This document shows, piece by piece, positions 52,801 to 61,800 of a DNA stretch of 64,000 bases (position 1 is its first letter; each line of letters starts with the position of its first letter). Source of the stretch: Laetmonice hystrix (Eukaryota). The notes under the pieces were generated by a model, which had not been told where the DNA came from, did no database searches, and saw only the letters and a list, made by a program, of their open reading frames with translations. The position numbers and the translations under genes were made by a program. The stretch is from assembly GCA_965235115.1 (NCBI GenBank), contig OZ249443.1:3968001-4032000 (forward strand), given 5' to 3'.

Positions 52801-55800
52801 TAAAAATAAACATAAAGAGGGAAAAGAAATTAAATAAACTTTTTTATGGTTCTGTAAGTAATAATAGACCTATTATTTTAGCCACTTGAATTTGAAATTT
52901 AAGAATGAAAACAAAACATCAAAGCTTATTATTATGGCTTGACCTTGGCTTGACCTCGGTGATTACATTAAAAAGTCCTCCTTGTGGAGTTGTGGTGTAG
53001 GATCGCAGTATTGAGGCAAAGTGTTGGGTGGACAAACTATCCATGAATTTTTATCAAGATCTGCGATGTTCTGAATCTCTATACATTTGTACCTATACGT
53101 GTCGGAACACAGGACACACGTTTGGATCAAACCCGCACACAATTTATTTTTTCAAAATCACTGAAGATTGTGTATGTTTGTTCATGAATTGACTTTGGGG
53201 TTTTAGTTTTAAATGCTGGTTTAGTTTTGAATATTGTTGTTTGATAATGTTGGTATTTCTTTCAGTTAGTTCCTGTTTTGGTCAATGTATTTATGTCACC
53301 CTCCTACCAAAAAACTGTTATTTCCAATTTTTTCCTTCAGTGCCCTCCCTCCAAGCCCCCCCCCCCCCCTCCAACCAACCCTCACCTGTGCCCCGACCTT
53401 AACCTTAGATGTGCCAGTTTGGTTGAGATTTTAATTTGTTACCTAGACAACGAAGAGCATCTCGTCGGTTCGGGTCAGTCGAGAGTTTACGTTCATCGTC
53501 CGTCATGTCGACTAGTTATTCGTCGATAATCTCACACCGCCGAGGTCGACAGTCAGTATCCTAGCAACCATCGTGTGACGTGGCTAACATAGCGCTACAC
53601 GACAAACAACTCTCTACTCTTTAAATATATCTTTGGGTGGGGGTGGGAGGGTGTTATCAGCATGATAACACTCCCTGTTTCACGTGTGTTTACAGTAAGA
53701 TCTATGTTCTGACGTCACATATAATCAGGAACGCCCGGACTGCTCCAGAACTGCAGCAGATCTGATGCCATTTCTCCCGTCTTTCTATATTTAAGCCTTT
53801 TATGTTTACGCACTCTTCGTCTTGTATAAGTTACCCAAGTTGTACTTTATAAAAAGAATATCCCTATTAATAGAATAAGCATTGAGAAGCACCTTCCTAT
53901 ATCCCTATATCCCAGTGTTTAAAGCTCTATGTCCCGCCGTCCATATTGAAACCTCCACCCCACATCCCAGCTATCCCAATACTTTCGCACATGCATGGCT
54001 TGGCGGTGTTTTATGCTTATGTTGACATTTTTAAACTGCACCAGTGATTAAGAAACGTGTGAATCACAATAAGCAATCGTTTACAGAACGTAAACTTAGA
54101 GAGGTAAAAGGGGAAAGGGCTGTCTGGGTTTCAGATATTTATTGGAGCGGGAAAAGTAGAGACGTCTGCTGGTGGTATGAGAAACTGAAACATGCATGAG
54201 AAATGTTTCACAGTGTACAGTACAGCTCTTAAAAATTTACATACATTTTTCTTTAGAATTACCAATCCATTTCCTATATTTGATTTCTTTCTTTCTTTTT
54301 TAACGAATTTTGATGGATAGAAAAGCGATGTGGCAGACTTGTCAGAGACTATCATTCACAAATGTGCTTTGGTGTAAATGTATGTCTGAGTCATCAGTCG
54401 TAAAGATCCTGCTTATTTCTCCCTTTTCTCTGTGCTGCGCCATCTACCGTCACCTCAACCAACTACCTGGTAAGTTACGTGTTCCTTCCTCTCACCTGGC
54501 TAAACTCTGAATTCATGTTACGTAATCCACACACGTTACGTCATCCACGCACATTACGTCATCCACACATATTACGTCATCCACACACATTACGTCATCC
54601 ACACACATTACGTCATCCACACACATTACGTCATCCACACACATTACGTCATCCACACACATTACGTCATCCACACACATTACGTCATCCACACACATTA
54701 CGTCATCCACACACATTACGTCATCCACACACATTACGTCATCCACACACATTACGTCATCCACACACATTACGTCATCCACACACATTACGTCATCCAC
54801 ACACATTACGTCATCCACACACATTACGTCATCCACACACATTACGTCATCCACACACATTACGTCATCCACACATATTACGTCATCCACACACATTACG
54901 TCATCCACACTACATCATCCACACACACTACGTCATCCACACACATTACGTCATCCACACACATTACGTCATCCACACACATTACGTCATCCACACACAT
55001 TACGTCATCCACACATATTACGTCATCCACACACATTACGTCATCCACACACATTACGTCATCCACACACATTACGTCATTCACACACATTACGTCATTC
55101 ACACACATTACGTAACACTTCATGGATATGGAAGTGGGTGCTGTTTTTATCAACAATCCGCACTAGAGCCGAGTCCCATCCTTTTCTGAGATCTTGCCAT
55201 GATTACAATTTGGTTTCAAAATTCCAAATGGAATGACCTGTCAAGTAGATCAGATTGAGGTTTTATTTACCTTACACACAGAGTATAGGTATCATAGACC
55301 ATGGTTTGTTTTCATTGGCAGACGCTGTGACAGGAAGGGCGCCAAGTTTGACCGCAAGTACCTGGTGTTTGGCGAGAAGGAGGAGCAAGGCGAGGACGGA
55401 CACCTGCTGGGGAAGGTGCGCCACCTGTTGAGGGAAGCTCTAGACGGACTCCTCTCAGCCGCTGAGGTATGTCATTGTGTAATGGACTTTAATATGTGTG
55501 GGGTTTTACGGTTTCCCCTTTTGGGTGTGTGTGTGTGTGTTGGGGAAGGGGGGGGGCACTGGAAGGGAGTTATAGACACTGGGACATTGAGTTCTGGGGG
55601 CATTTTCTTTTTTATTTAAAAACAGCTTTGTCGGATCCACTTTGAAATCAGATCCGTTCTGGTATCACATCCACTGCAGTACCACATCCACTTTGATATT
55701 AGTTAAGCCCTGGTATGGCATCCACTGCAGTATCACATCCACTTTGATATTAGTTCAGCCCTGGTATGGCATCCACTGCAGTATCTGATCCACTTTGATA

Positions 55801-58800
55801 TTAGTTAAGCCCTGGTATGGCATCCACTGCAGTATCACATCCACTTTGATATTAGTTAGGCCCTGGTATCACATCCACTGCAGTACCACATCCACTTTGA
55901 TATTAGTTAAGCCCTGGTATGGCATCCACTGCAGTATCTGATCCACTTTGATATTAGTTAAGGCCTGGTATCACATCCACTGCAGTATCACATCCACTTT
56001 GATATTAGTTATGCCCTGGTATGGCATCCACTGCAGTATCACATCCACTTTGATATTAGTTAGGCCCTGGTATCACATCCACTGCAGTACCACATCCACT
56101 TTGATATTAGTTAAGCCCTGGTATGGCATCCACTGCAGTATCACATCCACTTTGATATTAGTTAAGCCCTGGTATGGCATCCACTGCAGTATCACATCCA
56201 CTTTGATATTAGTTAAGCCCTGGTATGGCATCCACTGCAGTATCTGATCCACTTTGATATTAGTTAAGGCCTGGTATCACATCCACTGCAGTATCACATC
56301 CACTTTGATATTAGTTATGCCCTGGTATGGCATCCACTGCAGTATCCGATCCACTTTGATACCAAATCCACCGTACCGTTCCAGGTGTACTACAGAACCA
56401 AGGCTACCCGTCCTGTCACCCGGCCCCAGGCCCTCCAGGAGACGTTCGAGGGGTGTGCTGACGTGGTAGTCGCCAAACTTCAGTCCTACTACAGCCAGGC
56501 TGACGACTACCACAATCAGTGTCTCCAGGGTGAGTTATACCAGTCACAGCCATCATAGGGGTCAGTTCAAACCAAATATAGTTTGATATCCAGGATGGTA
56601 TACTTGAAAGAAAGGATAATTTAGCAGTTACTATTTTGTCGGAAGATTTCCCCCCATTTTCCATCTGAGTAGAATTTCGAAGTTTATACCTCCTTTTTGA
56701 GACAATGAATCCAATCCAGCGTTCCGACTTAGCCCCTGTTGAACTCCTTTTTATTAGCCAACCTCCCCAGAATTACTGATTCCGTCTCTCCAGTAGCTCA
56801 TTGTGCCAGTCTGATCCCAGAGTTACTGATCCCAGGGTTACTGATCCCTGAGTTACTGATCCCAGAGTTACTGATCCCAGAGTTACTGGTCCCAGAGTTA
56901 CTGATCCCAGAGTTACTGATCTCAGAATTACTGATCCCAGAGTTACTGTTCACAGAGTTACTGGTCCCAGAGTTACTGATTCCAGAGTTACTGATTCCAG
57001 AGTTACTGATCCCTGAGTTACTGGTCCCAGAGTTACTGATCCCAGAGTTACTGATCCCAGAGTTACTGGTCCCAGAGTTACTGGTCCCAGAGTTACTGAT
57101 CCCAGAGTTACTGGTCCCAGAGTTACTGATCCCAGAGTTACTGGTCCCAGAGTTACTGGTCCCAGAGTTACTGGTCCCAGAGTTACTGGTCCCAGAGTTA
57201 CTGGTCCCAGAGTTACTGGTCCCAGAGTTACTGATTCCAGAGTTACTGATTCCAGAGTTACTGATCCCTGAGTTACTGATCCCTGAGTTACTGGTCCCAG
57301 AGTTACTGGTCCCAGAGTTACTGATCCCTGAGTTACTGATCCCAGAGTTACTGATCCCTGAGTTACTGGTCCCAGAGTTACTGGTCCCAGAGTTACTGGT
57401 CCCTGAGTTACTGGTCCCAGAGTTACTGGTCCCAGAGTTACTGGTCCTAGAGTTACTGATCCCAGAGTTACTGATCCCAGAGTTACTGATTCCAGAGTTA
57501 CTGATCCTAGAGTTACTGATCCCTGAGTTACTGATCCCAGAGTTACTGATGATCCCAGAGTTACCGATCCCAGAGTTACCGATCCCAGAGTTACCGATCC
57601 CAGAGTTACCGATCCCAGAGTTACCGATCCCAGAGTTACCGATCCTAGAGTTACCGATCCCTGAGTTACTGGTCCCATAGTTACTGATCCCTGAGTTACT
57701 GATCCCTGAGTTACTGGTCCCAGAGTTACTGATCCCAGAGTTACTGATCTCAGAGTTACTGGTCCCAGAGTTACTGGTCCCAGAGTTACTGGTCCCAGAG
57801 TTACTGATCCCAGAGTTACTGATCACTGAGTTACTGATCCCAGAGTTACTGATCCCAGAGTTACTGATCCCTGAGTTACTGATCCTAGAGTTACTGATCC
57901 CTGAGTTACTGATCCCTGAGTTACTGATCCCAGAGTTACTGATGATCCCAGAGTTACCGATCCCAGAGTTACCGATCCCAGAGTTACCGATCCCAGAGTT
58001 ACCGATCCCAGAGTTACCGATCCTAGAGTTACCGATCCCTGAGTTACTGGTCCCATAGTTACTGATCCCTGAGTTACTGATCCCTGAGTTACTGGTCCCA
58101 GAGCTACTGATCCCAGAGTTACTGATCCCAGAGTTACTGGTCCCAGAGTTACTGGTCCCAGAGTTACTGGTCCCAGAGTTACTGATCCCAGAGTTACTGA
58201 TCACTGAGTTACTGATCCCAGAGTTACTGATCCCAGAGTTACTGATCCCTGAGTTACTGATCCCTGAGTTACTGGTCCCAGAGTTACTGATCCCTGAGTT
58301 ACTGATCCCTGAGTTACTGGTCCCTGAGTTACTGATCCCTGAGTTACTGGTCCCAGAGTTACTGGTCCCAGAGTTACTGGTCCCTGAGTTACTGGTCCCA
58401 GAGTTACTGGTCCCAGAGTTACTGGTCCCAGAGTTACTGATTCCAGAGTTACTGATCCCTGAGTTACTGGTCCCTGAGTTACTGGTCCCAGAGTTACTGG
58501 TCCCAGAGTTACTGCTCCCAGAGTTACTGGTCCCAGAGTTACTGATTCCAGAGTTACTGATCCCTGAGTTACTGGTCCCAGAGTTACTGGTCCCAGAGTT
58601 ACTAGTCCCTGAGTTACTGATCCCAGAGTTACTGATCCCAGAGTTACTGATCCCAGAGTTACTGGTCCCAGAGTTACTGGTCCCTGAGTTACTGATCCCT
58701 GAGTTACTGATCCCAGAGTTACTGGTCCCAGAGTTACTGGTCCCAGAGTTACTGGTCCCAGAGTTACTGGTCCCTGAGTTACTGGTCCCAGAGTTACTGG

Positions 58801-61800
58801 TCCCAGAGTTACTGGTCCCAGAGTTACTGGTCCCAGAGTTACTGGTCCCAGAGTTACTGGTCCCAGAGTTACTGATTTCAGAGTTACTGGTCCCAGAGTT
58901 ACTGATCCCAGAGTTACTGATCTCTGAGTTACTGATTCCAGAGTTGCGGCACCAGCTCCAACACCTAGAAAAGACGGTGACAGCCGTTCCAACCTCCCTG
59001 ATAGGAGAACTCCTCCAGACCGCCATCGAGGCCGAGGCCCTGGAGCGCAGTGTACTGGAGACAGAGTTCAGCAAGAAACTCCAGGGCTGGGACAAACAGA
59101 AGGTAGGTTCCTCCAGGGGTTGGGTGATAGGGATGGAGTAAGCCGGAAACCAGTGAGAAATGTTTATGATTTATGTGTATTTAGGTCAATGTGTGAATTG
59201 TGGTGAGTAAACAGTTGAACTGTCAGTCAATGACACTCTTGTCTTGTTAGGTGAACCCCCAGAATGACCTTCGTCCGACCTTGGGACACCCCCAGCAGGT
59301 TTATGATTTATGTGTATTTAGGTCAATGAAACCCTTGATTTATTACTCCAGGTGGACCACCAGAATGACCTCCGTCCGACCTTGGGACACCCCCAGCAGG
59401 TTTATGATTTATGTGTATTTAGGTCAATGAAACCCTTGATTTATTACTCCAGGTGGACCACCAGAATGACCTCCGTCCGACCTTGGGACACCCCAGCAGG
59501 TTTATGATTTATGTGTATTTAGGTCAATGAAACCCTTGATTTATTACTCCAGGTGGACCACCAGAATGACCTTCGTCCGACCTTGGGACACCCCCAGCAG
59601 GTTTATGATTTATGTGTATTTAGGTCAATGAAACCCTTGATTTATTACTCCAGGTGGACCACCAGAATGACCTCCGTCCGACCTTGGGACACCCCCAGCA
59701 AGTTTATGATTTATGTGTATTTAGGTCAATGAAACCCTTGATTTATTACTCCAGGTGGACCACCAGAATGACCTCCGTCCGACCTTGGGACACCCCCAGC
59801 AGGTTTATGATTTATGTGTATTTAGGTCAATGAAACCCTTGATTTATTACTCCAGGTGAACCACCAGAATGACCTCCGTCCGACCTTGGGACACCCCCAG
59901 CAGGAGGACATGTTACGGCGGCTGTGTGCTGTAGAGGACGCCCGCCGGGACGAGTATCTCCAGGGAGTCAATGCTCACACTAACACTCTCCAGGTACAGC
60001 CACCAGTGACCGGTGAACTAATAAATCAGTACAAATTAATGTTTTGTCCCGTGTCAAGGATGTCGTTCCTCTGTACACTGTAAGTCTGGCATCCTTCTCC
60101 AGGCGTTTTTAAAGGGACCTCTCTGAGTGTGTTACAGTCCAGTCTAAACGAAATAAAGCCGATAAATTCATAGATGACCTTAAAATTACACTCTCGTCCT
60201 TCGATTTTGTACGATAGTGAGGCCATGCAATGGTTTGTAGACGACAGTGGCTATGACAACTTAGTTATCAAATACAACACTAGGTGGCTGGGAGAATGTC
60301 AGCAGTAGGCTGTAGACGTGTACGTAGATGCCCTGAGTCTGTACGCCATGTTATATTTTCACTGATATATCAATAATTAGTTTAAACAATAATTAGTTGT
60401 CCGCTAATTGCAGGAGGTGTCTGTGAAACACGCGCAGGTGTTTGTGGAGCGGCTGGCCAAGGTGGCTGAACAGCTGCTCCTGCAAGCAGATGGCCTGCTG
60501 ACGGTGGATGACGTGGAGCGAGGACGTAAGTACATGATACTGACAAAGGTCAGTGAGCAGACGAAGGTCATACAATCAATGATAGAACGGATCTACTGAC
60601 CTTTGACAGCAAAGGTTAAACTCAAACTGATGATCCTCCATTGTTTACAAGTTGTGTTAGGATAGCATAACTTATTTACCGATGAAAACTCAGACCTTTG
60701 ACAGCAGAGGTTAAACTCAAACTGATGATCCTCCATTGTTTACAAGTTGTGTTAGGATAGCATAACTTATTTACCGATGAAAACTCAGACTAAACTCAAA
60801 CTGATGATCCTCCATTGTTTACAAGTTGTGTTAGGATAGCATAACTTATTTACCGATGAAAACTCAGACCTTTGATAGCAGAGGTTAGAGTAAACTCAAA
60901 CTGATGATCCCTCATTGTTTACAAGTTGAGTTGGGATAGCATAACTTATTTACCGATGAAAACTCAGACTTTTGACAGCAGAGTAAACTCAGACCTTTGC
61001 GGCAGCAGATGAAAGGGTTTGACCTATTTGTGATATGTAGCTATAAAAAAAAACAGAAATAATACACCTCTGTTTAAACGACCATATCCTGACATTCTTG
61101 TCCCAATCATGCCGTCATTGGCCCCTATCATGATGCCCTGAGTCCTGACCTTGTTACAGCCCCGACCCTGACCTTGGCCCCAAGCTGAGCTGCCCTTGTT
61201 GTCTCCACCCTGACGTTTAATCATGTCCTCCTGACCATCTCCAGGTGTTCCGACTGTGAAACACCCGACATCTGAACTCCTCCGGCGACAGAACGCTGGA
61301 GAAGCACTGGAGGACGCTGAACCCAAGGAGACGATGTCGCGGGGCAAGAACACGTGGCCGGGTAATCAACCACTCTCTACTCATCTGGTCCCTCCCCGAT
61401 ATGTTCACAACCACTCTCTACCAATCACCTCTCACTACGACAGGATACATACTTACCCTGTCCCCCTCTCCCCAATAGGTTCAACTAATCTACTCAATAA
61501 TTTATGGATTTCTGGCTAAGTACAATCAAGGATCCGTAGTACAATAACGGTAGACTGATGGACCTGGGCCCAGTTTTTCCAAAATTCTCAACTTAAGTAA
61601 AGCTTACTTAAGTAAACAAACAGGATTCTGATTGGCAGGTTTACCTAGGCCAGCCAATCAGAAGCCTGTTTACTTAAGTAAGCTTTACTTAAGTTGAGAA
61701 TTTTTGAAAAACTGGGCCCTGATCGGTGGCCCACGTTTGGCCCTCCACACACGGTTGTACTTATCGGCTTCAGTAAACTGAGAATTGATACAAAAACCAT

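Noticed and set aside
54398-54469. 72-nt candidate CCDC180 exon with a strong GTAAGT donor
   Set aside because: The acceptor lacks an adjacent pyrimidine tract, and joining its terminal TG to the A starting exon 55322 creates TGA. It is excluded from the model and could at most be a poison exon.
14970-55189. Repetitive ORFs at 14970-15784, 18268-18987, 25283-26025, 28655-29785, 47189-47494 and 54479-55189
   Set aside because: All coincide with minisatellites, are often open in several frames or both strands, and have no splice or homology support.
56798-59095. 765-aa minus-strand ORF of SNSG(I/T) pentapeptides
   Set aside because: It is the antisense reading of the 15-bp splice-site array, whose unit lacks a stop in that frame. 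Its N-terminus is the antisense of a CCDC180 exon, and there is no independent sign of a gene.
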